Source: Candidatus Pacearchaeota archaeon CG10_big_fil_rev_8_21_14_0_10_34_76 (GTDB lineage Archaea > Nanobdellota > Nanobdellia > Pacearchaeales > GW2011-AR1). From it: a stretch of DNA of 64,000 nt. Shown piece after piece: positions 1 to 9,347 of the stretch (its first letter is position 1; each line of letters starts with the position of its first letter). Below the pieces are notes generated by a model. It did no database searches. It was not told the DNA's origin and saw only the letters and a program-made list of their open reading frames with translations. The stretch covers positions 6,553-70,552 of the forward strand of contig PFDB01000010.1 in assembly GCA_002763075.1 (NCBI GenBank), written 5' to 3'. The translations under genes were made by a program, and so were the position numbers.

Positions 1-393
1 ATACATTCAACTCCTGAAGCAATATACACTGCTCTCCAGAGAGCTCCATCACATCTTGCAAGAAGCAGAATGGCAGAAGCAGGAGCAATAGAAGGAATAT
101 ATTGGTGTATGGTAGATTCTGCACAAGCTGCGTTGATGACTATAGGAAAACTTCCTCCCTCTCCAGAACATCTCACTAGAATGCTCAAAGAAAACTTTGT
201 TGATAGCAAGATGCTTCCAATGGAATTTGCTATTTGGTATAGGGATCTCTTTGCATTGCATAAATCGATAATTCATGGAGAAATACACGAGATAAAAGGT
301 GCTGAGATAGATGTTTGGCAGGATCGTGGGGAAAAATTCCTAAGAAAAATGACAGACATTATAGACAAGCTTATTGAATCCAGGAAAAAATAA
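1..393 (+). CDS. C-terminal fragment of a helical (HEPN-like) domain protein; the 5' end lies outside the window
   Basis: Frame 1 is open from base 1 through the listed ATG at 70 to the stop at 391-393. IYWCMVDSAQAALMTIGKLPPSPEH aligns with IYWGIVTPTQALMMLAGQAPPTPKV in the C-terminal half of the 599-aa nucleotidyltransferase protein at 10142..11941. Confidence 0.5.
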   Translation: MHSTPEAIYTALQRAPSHLARSRMAEAGAIEGIYWCMVDSAQAALMTIGKLPPSPEHLTRMLKENFVDSKMLPMEFAIWYRDLFALHKSIIHGEIHEIKGAEIDVWQDRGEKFLRKMTDIIDKLIESRKK

Positions 394-414
394 AATCTAA
401 AAAAATAAAATTAA

Positions 415-1167
415 TTATCTCACAAGACCATAAAGCTCTGTTCTTGCCTGATCTTCATTTGGATTGCTCATCAATGTAGTCTTAACATATCCTGCTTTTC
501 TTTCATCATCTGGAAGTTTTTGGTCAACTAATTCTTTTGCATCTCTCTCTTTATATGCAAGAGCCACTCTAGCGCTTTCTCCTGAGAAACTAACTATTTT
601 AAGTAATGCATTCTTGACTTTTTGAACATCTCCCTGATTTCTCAGATCCTTATATTCATGAGCGTCATTATTTTTATCTATGGTCTCTCCAGCATATCCT
701 CTTGCTAGTCCCCTGATTTGGTCCTTTGTTGCTATTCTTTCTCCAGTTTCAGGATTGACTGCCTCAGTATCATATGCATGAGAAATTCTCTTTACATCTA
801 CAAATTTTTTAATAGAATCTGCAATTTCATTATGTTCATCCTGACCTGCAATCTGAACAGGAGTGACCCCTAAGTAACCTCTAGCAAGTTTGCTTTCATC
901 AGCACCACCAACAACATCAGACTTATAATTATTAAAATGATTTCTAGCTATACCTTGGTCATCCGCTGCCCATGCTAAATATGCATTATCAATTAAATGA
1001 TCTGGAATCTCATCAGTTATAGCAACCCCTTCCTCCTGAGCCCTATTAGCAGCATATCCTCTAAATGCTGCCCTCTGCCCAGCATCTTCACTGTTCCTGC
1101 TTCTCATAGCTGAAACTACTTGTTCTAGTCCACTATGCATTTCTTTAAATTCATCTATTCTTGTCAT
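415..1167 (-). CDS. hypothetical hydrophilic protein
   Basis: 250-aa ORF with no competing ORF and no motif I recognise. Confidence 0.55.
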   Translation of the reverse strand: MTRIDEFKEMHSGLEQVVSAMRSRNSEDAGQRAAFRGYAANRAQEEGVAITDEIPDHLIDNAYLAWAADDQGIARNHFNNYKSDVVGGADESKLARGYLGVTPVQIAGQDEHNEIADSIKKFVDVKRISHAYDTEAVNPETGERIATKDQIRGLARGYAGETIDKNNDAHEYKDLRNQGDVQKVKNALLKIVSFSGESARVALAYKERDAKELVDQKLPDDERKAGYVKTTLMSNPNEDQARTELYGLVR

Positions 1168-1335
1168 TTTATCCTAATAACCTTAAAAATAAATAGTATT
1201 TAAATCTTTCGGTTATGTCTAAACTGGCTAGGGGTAACAAATAACTCTGAAAAATATCCAAACACTTTGCCCTCTTTAATAATCATACAATTACATTATT
1301 ATTCCATACAATAGCAATAGAAGTATAAACTTACT

Positions 1336-4116
1336 TTAGAAAATATCCAACACCTTGTCTTCCTTCATTACCTCATCTTTCTCTACAAACATTTGCTCAA
1401 TTTCATGTTCAACTTTTTCTTCAGCATCCTGCATCTGCTCAACCAAATTTTCTTTCCTTAACTCGTCATCAAGCCCAGAAGCTACTTTTTCTTCATCACT
1501 TTTATCTTCTGGTCTCGGGGTGTTTATTTCTTTATCAAAGCCATCTATCATAGCATTTTCCATCTGCGCATTCAAATCAAATATGCTGTTATCTTTCACA
1601 GAACTAAAATGTTCTGAACTCACAGGAATAGCTTCATTAAGATCAGGAACCTCTTGATTTTTTCTTACACCAAATCCTGGAAGATATTCCCCATCCCCAT
1701 TTTCTAAGGCCTGTAATATTAATTCTTCTTCATTTATTGCCTCGGAAGCAATTTGCTTCATAGGTGCATTTGTCCTATTCTCCTCGGTTCTTGCTGGGGA
1801 TTCACCTTGAGACTGATAACTATTTGGATAGCTAGGCATCTTACCTTCCAAGCTCTTCTCAATTTCTGCAACAACCATAGATACTTTTTCAGCAGCATCC
1901 GCATTCACAGATATGCTCTTTATCCCATTCATCACTAAGAACTTTGCCATTTCAGGCTTGCTTCCTGCCTGCCCACATATAGAACTCTCAACACCATATT
2001 TATTGCAAACATTAAGAACATGCTTTATTGAATTTAAAACTGCAGGGTGCATCTCATTGTATATGTCTTGTACTTCAGGATTGTTCCTGTCTATTGCTAA
2101 TGTATATTGCGTCAAATCATTTGTTCCAAAACTTACAAAATCAATACCCTCCTTGCAAATATCCTCTATAATCTGCACAGCTGCAGGAGTCTCTACCATA
2201 ATCCCAAATTTCACATTCTTAGGCATCCCAATCTTCTTTACGCTTTCCTTTGATCTTTGAACTTCTTCAAGAGAGATTATTTGTGGAAGCATAATCCCAA
2301 ACTTCTTTTCAGGATAATCGTCAGCAAGTTCTTTTATTGCCTGCAATTCAGATTCAAGAATATCTATATTTCTAAGACTAAACCTTACTCCATGATTCCC
2401 AAGCATTGGATTCCCTTCTACTTCTTTAGGAGCGCCTTCAAGATTTGAATATTCATCACTCCTTATATCAGATGTCCTAAACCAGACTTCCTTAAATGGT
2501 TTTGAAAGTTTTTTAAATCCAGTATGTAATAGTTCAACATAATCTTCTGTCTTTTTATTCTTCACATACCATACAGGGTGTTTCCCAGAGACAGCTATCA
2601 CTCCTTCCATTCTGACAAGTCCTACCGCTGTTGATTTTGATTCAGCAGCCCTTTCTGCATAATCAGGAAGGTCAACAATGACTTTTATATGAGTCTTAGT
2701 AGGCACAATCGGATTTATTTCTACTTTCTGTTCAATCCCTTTTCCTTCAATTACCCTTCCAGTATTTCCATCAACAGTCACAATCTGTCCATCTTTCAAT
2801 GTGCTTGTAGCTGTTTTTGTTCCTACAATGGCTGGAATGCCCATTTCCCTCGATACAATAGCAGCATGCGAAGTGATTCCACCCTCATCAGTTATTATGC
2901 CTGCAGCTTTCTGCATACTCACAACCATATCTGGATTTGTCATCTTTGTGACAAGTACATCTCCTGTCTTTACTTTATCAAGTTCTTCTAATTTGTATAT
3001 TATTCTAACAACTCCAGACGATACTCCAGGAGATGCTGGCAATCCAGACAATAATACATTTCCACTCACTTCATGCCCTTTGAAGTCAGCTTGTGTTGTG
3101 ATTGGTCTGCTTTGCACAATATATATCTCATCATTCTCTATAGCAAATTCAATATCTTGTGGTTTTTTATAATGCTCTTCTAATCTTAATGCAAAATGCG
3201 CTAATTTTTTCAGCTCATGTCCACTAAGAACTCTCGCACTGCTCTTCTCAGGATTTAAGTTAACGTCTGTTATTTTTCCCGAAGCAGCCCTTACAACTGC
3301 GATTTTCTTATCAGATACCTGTGCATCAGTTATCTCAAAATCAGAATTTAAAACATAATGATCCGGTAATATTTTTCCTGAAACAATCCCTTCCCCTAGT
3401 CCCCAAACTGCCTCAATAATTATGCTATTGTCGTTCTTCAATGGGTTCTTAGAGAACATGACTCCTGATTTAACAGAATCAACCATCTTTTGCACTACAA
3501 CTGAAAGCAATGCAATACCTTCCGAAAATCCCTTTTTCTTCCTATAGTAAATTGCTCTTGCAGTAAAAAGGGAAGAAAAACACATCTTTACAGTTTTTAT
3601 CAGCTCTTGTTTCCCTTTGATGTTTAAGAAAGAATCCTGTTGCCCTGCAAAGCTTGCATCTGCCAGATCTTCTGTAGTAGCACTAGACCTCACTGCAACA
3701 AACGGAGGCTCATGAGAATTTCTTAATATATCAAGAGCACCACCCCTAGCATCACTGAATCCTTTCTTGTCAACATCTAAGACATCATATGCCTCCACAA
3801 TATCCTGTTCAAGATCTTTTGGCATATTTGCATTATCTATCATCTCCCTTATAGTCTTGGATGCTTGGCTCAATGAGGCAGTATCATTCACATCTAACTT
3901 GTTAAGAATATCTGATATTTTTTCTTTCAAGCCCGATTTTTCTATAAAATATTTATAAGCTTGTGCAGTTATAACAAACCCTGGAGGCACAGGAAACTTA
4001 TGATTATACATCTCGGCCAAACTAGCCCCTTTTCCACCAGCGATAGGAACATCCTTATTGCTCAGTTCAGAAAACCATCTTATCAAATCTTCTCTTCTTG
4101 CCTCTTTCTCACCCAT
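1336..4116 (-). CDS. ppsA: phosphoenolpyruvate synthase (pyruvate, water dikinase) with an acidic C-terminal tail
   Basis: N-terminal GGKGASLAEM, phosphohistidine swivel motif GGITSHAAIVSREMGIPAIVG, and PEP-utilising barrel motifs SFGTNDLTQY and SSICGQAGS. A TATA-like TTATTAA (4138-4144, minus sense) lies 21 nt upstream of the ATG. Confidence 0.95.
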   Translation of the reverse strand: MGEKEARREDLIRWFSELSNKDVPIAGGKGASLAEMYNHKFPVPPGFVITAQAYKYFIEKSGLKEKISDILNKLDVNDTASLSQASKTIREMIDNANMPKDLEQDIVEAYDVLDVDKKGFSDARGGALDILRNSHEPPFVAVRSSATTEDLADASFAGQQDSFLNIKGKQELIKTVKMCFSSLFTARAIYYRKKKGFSEGIALLSVVVQKMVDSVKSGVMFSKNPLKNDNSIIIEAVWGLGEGIVSGKILPDHYVLNSDFEITDAQVSDKKIAVVRAASGKITDVNLNPEKSSARVLSGHELKKLAHFALRLEEHYKKPQDIEFAIENDEIYIVQSRPITTQADFKGHEVSGNVLLSGLPASPGVSSGVVRIIYKLEELDKVKTGDVLVTKMTNPDMVVSMQKAAGIITDEGGITSHAAIVSREMGIPAIVGTKTATSTLKDGQIVTVDGNTGRVIEGKGIEQKVEINPIVPTKTHIKVIVDLPDYAERAAESKSTAVGLVRMEGVIAVSGKHPVWYVKNKKTEDYVELLHTGFKKLSKPFKEVWFRTSDIRSDEYSNLEGAPKEVEGNPMLGNHGVRFSLRNIDILESELQAIKELADDYPEKKFGIMLPQIISLEEVQRSKESVKKIGMPKNVKFGIMVETPAAVQIIEDICKEGIDFVSFGTNDLTQYTLAIDRNNPEVQDIYNEMHPAVLNSIKHVLNVCNKYGVESSICGQAGSKPEMAKFLVMNGIKSISVNADAAEKVSMVVAEIEKSLEGKMPSYPNSYQSQGESPARTEENRTNAPMKQIASEAINEEELILQALENGDGEYLPGFGVRKNQEVPDLNEAIPVSSEHFSSVKDNSIFDLNAQMENAMIDGFDKEINTPRPEDKSDEEKVASGLDDELRKENLVEQMQDAEEKVEHEIEQMFVEKDEVMKEDKVLDIF

Positions 4117-4179
4117 CGCAAAAAAAAGTTATAAGAGTTAATAAATCTTGTTCTGTTCAAAAATCACTTAACACAATCA

Positions 4180-4713
4180 TTAATGGCCTTTCAATCTCAC
4201 AGATATAAGAATAATGTCAATTATTATGATATTCAGAAGAATAAATAATACAAGATAGTTGCCTATTCCGAGGTAAATTCCTGCAAAAACGCTCAAAATA
4301 AATCCTAATATGGAGTAAAACAAAATTTCTCCTGCCCTCTTCTTCACTGGAATACCCCTCATTGGTTTTCTTTCAGGCAATTTAGAGATTTCCTTCACGT
4401 CAAAGATAATTGGAATATTATTTTCTTTCGCAAATTCATTCTCCGAACTTGCCCCCTTAGATTTTTCCCATCCAGGAAGCATCAAAACAGCATCAGATCT
4501 CTTAAGAATATTTAATGTCCTATGCTCTTGTTCATTTTTATTGAGCTTACTATTGATATAATGAACATTCAAATGAGGACAATATGGGACAAATCCCTCT
4601 TTCCATATGCCTACCGAAGCATCAACAGCTTTCTTCAAATTTTTCTCTGTTTCTTTCTTTGTCTTTGCAGTATAAGGTCCTGAAACATAGACTATTTTAG
4701 ATTTATTTTGCAT
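4180..4713 (-). CDS. nucleoside 2-deoxyribosyltransferase-like (DUF4406-type) protein with a C-terminal membrane anchor
   Basis: IVYVSGPYTA ... AVLMLPGWEKSKGASSENEFAKENNIPII matches the Rossmann-like NDT/DUF4406 pattern. The last ~50 aa form two hydrophobic helices. Confidence 0.6.
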   Translation of the reverse strand: MQNKSKIVYVSGPYTAKTKKETEKNLKKAVDASVGIWKEGFVPYCPHLNVHYINSKLNKNEQEHRTLNILKRSDAVLMLPGWEKSKGASSENEFAKENNIPIIFDVKEISKLPERKPMRGIPVKKRAGEILFYSILGFILSVFAGIYLGIGNYLVLFILLNIIIIDIILISVRLKGH

Positions 4714-4796
4714 ATTAAATCATCTTCATCAAAGTTTATAAATCTTATCAATGTAGTAATTTTGTAGTTACGATAAAAACATTTATATTCACTATA

Positions 4797-6125
4797 GTGG
4801 CTAAGAACTTTATGGTAAGAAAGAGAAGAAAAACAGGAGAAATCCTTCCAAGAGCATATGGTATTAGGATATCTATGCCTAGAGGAATAGAAGACGTCTT
4901 TGTTAGCCCTGCTCCATATATACTAGCACAGCTGATGCTTGAAACTCGCTCAGAGATAAGAGCAAGAATAAAAGATTATGCCGAAAGGAATAAGGTAGAT
5001 GAAACCGAATTGACAGAAGAATTTGTAGAAAAAGTTAAAAAAAGAAATGGCTCAAAAAACATTCTTAATTTTTCAAGAAGAACAAGAACAAGACGTTCCA
5101 ATCTTGCCCTAGAAGGATTAACACACAGAGGATCTAGATTTTCAGGCAGTGTAAAATCGACGGAAGAAGGGTCTTATCTATTCACAATTCCAGAACCTCC
5201 AGCGTTCAGAGACACTCCAATTGGTTTTCCAGGCGCATGGGTGAATACAAAGGATAAAATTTACTCAGAAGAAAAAGGTAAAATGGTTGTAGTTGGAACA
5301 CATTTAGCAGTTCCAGAAATAGCCCTAATAACAGATGAACAAACAAAAATGTCTCAATCAGAAAATATGACTGGCTTGTATCCAACACAAAGGCAAATGA
5401 GATCTCCAATGCCTGTTTTGCCATTCACTTTTAACATATTCAAAAATCTAGAAAGAATGACTGATAAAGAGAGAGAAAGACATTCTCTTATTACAGACTT
5501 GATAATGCGTCATTACATCAATGGTGCCACTCAATATGAGATAAGTGTAGAAGCTTTGAATCATACAGAACTTCTTAGCCCAGAACTTATATCTGCAATA
5601 AAAAATCCCAGAGATAGAGCAAGGTTCAAAGTTCTAAGGCAAAAGGAAAAAGAGTTTATAGAGGGCAGTCTAACAGATTCAGAAGAAAGAAGATATGCAG
5701 CAATTACTAATCTAGTAGAAAACATCTCAACATATCTTAAAGAAACACACGGATATATTCCAACGGGGTATGGAAGAGAATTCGTAGGAACTCCATGGGA
5801 AGCCATTGCTAGAAGGTTTGAACCCCCAAGAGAATCTACAAGCGGACTAGTGTATTCCATTGTAACAAGCGAAGGACACGTTCCATTAATCATTAAAAAA
5901 CAATTGGGAAATAAGTCTCATAACTGGCAAGATGTAAATGACCCTATGCAAACACTCCACATAGCTCATAAGATAGATAGAACTTACGACATAGTGGATG
6001 ATATGACAAGACAGGATTGTGCGGTTACCCTTCCTTCTCCAGATAAAAAATTAAGAGAATTGGGAATCCAAATACCTCAAATCCTGCAGAAAGACTACGA
6101 TGAGCTTAGAAAAATAAGGCAATAA
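4797..6125 (+). CDS. hypothetical protein
   Basis: 442-aa ORF listed from GTG 4797. The in-frame ATG at 4812 lies ~22 nt after a TATA-like TTTATAT and is the more likely start. No recognisable domain. Confidence 0.6.
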   Translation: MAKNFMVRKRRKTGEILPRAYGIRISMPRGIEDVFVSPAPYILAQLMLETRSEIRARIKDYAERNKVDETELTEEFVEKVKKRNGSKNILNFSRRTRTRRSNLALEGLTHRGSRFSGSVKSTEEGSYLFTIPEPPAFRDTPIGFPGAWVNTKDKIYSEEKGKMVVVGTHLAVPEIALITDEQTKMSQSENMTGLYPTQRQMRSPMPVLPFTFNIFKNLERMTDKERERHSLITDLIMRHYINGATQYEISVEALNHTELLSPELISAIKNPRDRARFKVLRQKEKEFIEGSLTDSEERRYAAITNLVENISTYLKETHGYIPTGYGREFVGTPWEAIARRFEPPRESTSGLVYSIVTSEGHVPLIIKKQLGNKSHNWQDVNDPMQTLHIAHKIDRTYDIVDDMTRQDCAVTLPSPDKKLRELGIQIPQILQKDYDELRKIRQ

Positions 6126-6317
6126 TTAAAATTTATTTAATGCCCCTCCAATCATTATCATTCCCAACCCTATAAGATAAAATGGGCTTAGCACATTATT
6201 GGCTTCTGAAAAAGAAGCACTTGCGATTGTCAAGCCAGTGACTCCAACAAAAGAATTCAAAAGAACAATTACTCCCACCCACATAAGTGCAATCCCTCCC
6301 AATTTCATCTTTTTCAT
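6126..6317 (-). CDS. small two-helix membrane protein
   Basis: 63 aa, two hydrophobic segments. It starts 2 nt downstream of the ABC exporter stop on the same strand. Confidence 0.45.
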   Translation of the reverse strand: MKKMKLGGIALMWVGVIVLLNSFVGVTGLTIASASFSEANNVLSPFYLIGLGMIMIGGALNKF

Positions 6318-6319
6318 AT

Positions 6320-8140
6320 TTATTCAATGTCATCAGGATTTAATAACTCTTTCGAAGACAAATATCCTCCTCTTTGTAGTTCCCAAAGTTCTCTATAAAG
6401 TCCATTCTGTCTTATAAGATTATTATGCTTGCCTACCTGTACAATCTGTCCATTATCCATAACTATTATCTTATCAGCTTTCATTATTGTTGACAGCCTA
6501 TGCGCGATGATTATGCTTGTTCTTCCTTGCATCAATCTCTCTAAATCTTTCTGTATCTGGTGTTCAGTCTTTGAATCAAGAGATGATGTCGCCTCATCAA
6601 GAACAAGTATTTTCTTATTGGCCAAAATTGCACGAGCGATAGATACTCTTTGTTTTTCTCCTCCAGAAAGCCTAACCCCTCTCTCCCCAACAATTGTTTT
6701 CTCTTTTTTAGGAAAATTCTGTATAACTTCATCAAGTTGGGCAAATTTCATTGCTCTGAATACTTCTTCCTTAGATGCCGAAGGATTTGAAAATGCTATA
6801 TTATTATAAATTGTATCATCAAACAAGACACATTCTTGAGGAACAATAGAAAGCTCATTTCTCAATGATTCTTGTTTGAAATCCTTGATGTCATTTCCAT
6901 CTATGAGGATTTTCCCAGCATCAACATCATACAACCTGTAAATTAATTTCAGCAAGGTTGTCTTTCCGCATCCGCTGTGCCCCACCAACGCAACTTTCTC
7001 ATTCTTGTTTATTTTTAGATTAAATTTCTCAAAAAGCTTTCTCTTGCCATAATTGAAGGAAATGTCCCTAAATTCTACATTTCCATCTTTGATAACCAGA
7101 TTTTCTGCACTCGTCTTGTCTTTTATCTCATTCTCAATTTTAGCATACTGGAATAATGATTCAAAGTCAGACATTGATCTATAGAACCCCCTCATCCCAT
7201 TAACGAATCCATACAATGGTCCAAAAAGATTTGTATATGCTGTATAGATAAAAACAACTGTCCCTATACTTATCTCTCCATCCAAGAACCTAAGCAATGG
7301 AAACAAAATTAGAAGAAATGTTCCAACAGCGATTATGAATGTATGTCCTGCATCCAGAACACGATAATAATCAAAGTATTTCACTCCTGTCTTTCTTGTC
7401 TTGTCGTTTAGTTTTCGGTATCTCGATTTGATAATATTTTCCTTTCCAAAATATTTTATTGAATCAACGTTTGTCAAGAAATCTCCTATATTCGCTTTCT
7501 CCATATCTTCTGCATTATTGAATTCAAGATTTGCCTTTTTTTGAATATTCTGCATGTAAATGCTGAATGTGATAAACACAAAAGTAGTCAACGCGACGAC
7601 AACCCCTGTCATCAAATCGAAAAACATTAATGACCCTCCAACCAATATCAATTGGAAAATTAAAGGAATAGTGTTGAATATGAAGAAATCATTTATTCTC
7701 TCAATAGCACTCCCTCCTCTACTCAATCTTGATATCATTGATCCAGTTTTATGAGTGGTATGGAATTTATGAGAAAGTCCTATTATATGATTAAAAAACT
7801 TGGTCTTTAGATCAAAAACAATATTTGTGTCAAGCCTGTTCATTAGGTATATCTGTATCCATTTACACCCAGTCCTTATCAGCATAACAACTGCATATGC
7901 TATCATCACACCCAATAATATGCTTACAAATGCCTCTCTCCCTAACATTCCTGCAGAGAATTCAGTCCCCCTATCGACTATGACCTTGAAAAGGAATTTA
8001 TCAACAAGATGAGTTATGGCACTTACAAGCACAACAAATATTATTGTCCAAAAAAGAAATTGATATTTCCTAAGAAATTCCCAATAAACTTTTAAGTTGT
8101 ACTTGAAATTTATTTCCCTAGCTTTTTTTATTCTGACCAT
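6320..8140 (-). CDS. ABC exporter, fused permease and ATPase (MsbA/MdlB type)
   Basis: Six-TM N-terminal domain followed by Walker A GHSGCGKTT, signature LSGGEKQR, Walker B ILVLDEATS and H-loop IIIAHRL. Confidence 0.92.
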   Translation of the reverse strand: MVRIKKAREINFKYNLKVYWEFLRKYQFLFWTIIFVVLVSAITHLVDKFLFKVIVDRGTEFSAGMLGREAFVSILLGVMIAYAVVMLIRTGCKWIQIYLMNRLDTNIVFDLKTKFFNHIIGLSHKFHTTHKTGSMISRLSRGGSAIERINDFFIFNTIPLIFQLILVGGSLMFFDLMTGVVVALTTFVFITFSIYMQNIQKKANLEFNNAEDMEKANIGDFLTNVDSIKYFGKENIIKSRYRKLNDKTRKTGVKYFDYYRVLDAGHTFIIAVGTFLLILFPLLRFLDGEISIGTVVFIYTAYTNLFGPLYGFVNGMRGFYRSMSDFESLFQYAKIENEIKDKTSAENLVIKDGNVEFRDISFNYGKRKLFEKFNLKINKNEKVALVGHSGCGKTTLLKLIYRLYDVDAGKILIDGNDIKDFKQESLRNELSIVPQECVLFDDTIYNNIAFSNPSASKEEVFRAMKFAQLDEVIQNFPKKEKTIVGERGVRLSGGEKQRVSIARAILANKKILVLDEATSSLDSKTEHQIQKDLERLMQGRTSIIIAHRLSTIMKADKIIVMDNGQIVQVGKHNNLIRQNGLYRELWELQRGGYLSSKELLNPDDIE

Positions 8141-8333
8141 TTTCTAAATGCTTATATATCTCAATAAACTCTATTATTTTAGATGTTTAGAAGCAAAACA
8201 CCTTCATTTGTAGAGTCCCAATCATCCAAAGATTCCTCAATGCACGATGAATATGAATGGGATGAAACTTTGATGGATGACACTGATGAAGAGATATAAT
8301 ATCCAGGATTATTAAATTTTACCAATAAAAATT

Positions 8334-8873
8334 TTACTCTGCAAGTTCTACAACAACTCTTCCCTTGCAAGGGACTTTTGATTTCACCATGTTCAATACA
8401 CGTCTTGCAAATCTAACAACCTTTTCATTCTCGCAATAAACTACAAAAAGCTCTTTTCCTGCATTTACCATTGCAGCTCTACCCTCAATAACTCCAAATG
8501 AATGCTTCATTCCAGATGAAAGTCTGTCTGCTCCAGCTCCTGCAGCAGTCTTGTTATTTCTAAGAATATGATGTGGATAAACCTTTATTTGAAGATAAAA
8601 TTGTTTTGGGACATTCTTCTCTAGAGCCTTATTCATCAAGAGCCTGCATGCTTCAAGAGAATTATCTCTTATCTGAGCTCTCTCTTCTGCAATGAATCTT
8701 GCAACGTGCTTCAATTTTCCTTGATTATATGCATCAACATTTCCAAGATTATATTTTACTATCTTATTATGAGGAACTTGCTTGATATAAGATTTAGATT
8801 TGTTCTTAGATACACGAGTATACGGACGAGCGTGCTTTTTTGAATATGCAAGTGCTTTTCTTAACGATGCCAT
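8334..8873 (-). CDS. rpl10e: 50S ribosomal protein uL16 (L10e)
   Basis: ARPYTRVSKNKSKSYIKQVP, RLSSGMKHSFG and overall length fit archaeal L10e. The stop/start abuts the L35Ae gene. Confidence 0.9.
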   Translation of the reverse strand: MASLRKALAYSKKHARPYTRVSKNKSKSYIKQVPHNKIVKYNLGNVDAYNQGKLKHVARFIAEERAQIRDNSLEACRLLMNKALEKNVPKQFYLQIKVYPHHILRNNKTAAGAGADRLSSGMKHSFGVIEGRAAMVNAGKELFVVYCENEKVVRFARRVLNMVKSKVPCKGRVVVELAE

Positions 8874-9217
8874 TATATCTTATCCTCTTTAGCCTTCTTT
8901 TCTGAAACTTTTTTCTCCTTCTTCTCTGGTTTTTCAACCTTTTCTGTCTTTGTGGCATCTCCTTTGACTTCTATTTCAGTTGTCATTGCCTGTCCAGGCA
9001 ATCCACTCTCAAAAATAGCTCTTACAAGACCGTTATTACCATGTGCGCTAGAGATTTTTCCCTTAATTTCTTTCCCAGCAGGGCTCGTCCAGACTACTTC
9101 TTTTCCAGTCATTTTACTGGCTTCATCTCTGCTTCCAAGTCCAATGTCTAGAAGGTAATGCCTTTCATGTATCCTATGCCTTCCTCTTCTGAACTGCACA
9201 ACTATTCCTTTAACCAT
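8873..9217 (-). CDS. rpl35ae: 50S ribosomal protein eL33 (L35Ae) with a Lys/Glu-rich tail
   Basis: VQFRRGRHRIHERHYLL ... KGKISSAHGNNGLVRAIF is the L35Ae signature. Confidence 0.85.
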   Translation of the reverse strand: MVKGIVVQFRRGRHRIHERHYLLDIGLGSRDEASKMTGKEVVWTSPAGKEIKGKISSAHGNNGLVRAIFESGLPGQAMTTEIEVKGDATKTEKVEKPEKKEKKVSEKKAKEDKI

Positions 9218-9237
9218 ACTTCGTGCAAGAAATCTGG

Positions 9238-9255
9238 GTTTTTAAATGTTAAGTT
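9238..9255 (-). promoter_or_regulatory. BRE/TATA promoter of the rpl35ae-rpl10e operon
   Basis: Minus-sense AACTTAACATTTAAAAAC. The TATA heptamer (9239-9245) lies 21 nt from the ATG at 9217. The 18-mer is identical to 11962..11979. Confidence 0.6.
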
Positions 9256-9347
9256 AAATATATCCCATCTAATAGCAGACTGATTGTGATTACAATATAT
9301 TCTTACAATTGATAAGAAATCTTTAAAACCCTCTCTTTTTCATATAT

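Noticed and set aside
1355-3958. Seven plus-strand ORFs (60-123 aa) inside the ppsA locus
   Set aside because: All lie antisense to a 926-aa gene with unambiguous PpsA motifs. Their products are low-complexity Ser/Ile/Phe-rich strings typical of the reverse frame of an AT-rich gene.
5206-5893. Minus-strand ORFs 5206..5424 and 5561..5893
   Set aside because: They are antisense to the longer 442-aa ORF, with no motifs and no promoter-like TATA at the expected 21-nt spacing.
8179-8370. 63-aa ORF between the ABC exporter and rpl10e
   Set aside because: It overlaps the 3' end of rpl10e in another frame, has a Cys/Ser-rich nonsense-like sequence, and shows no start context.
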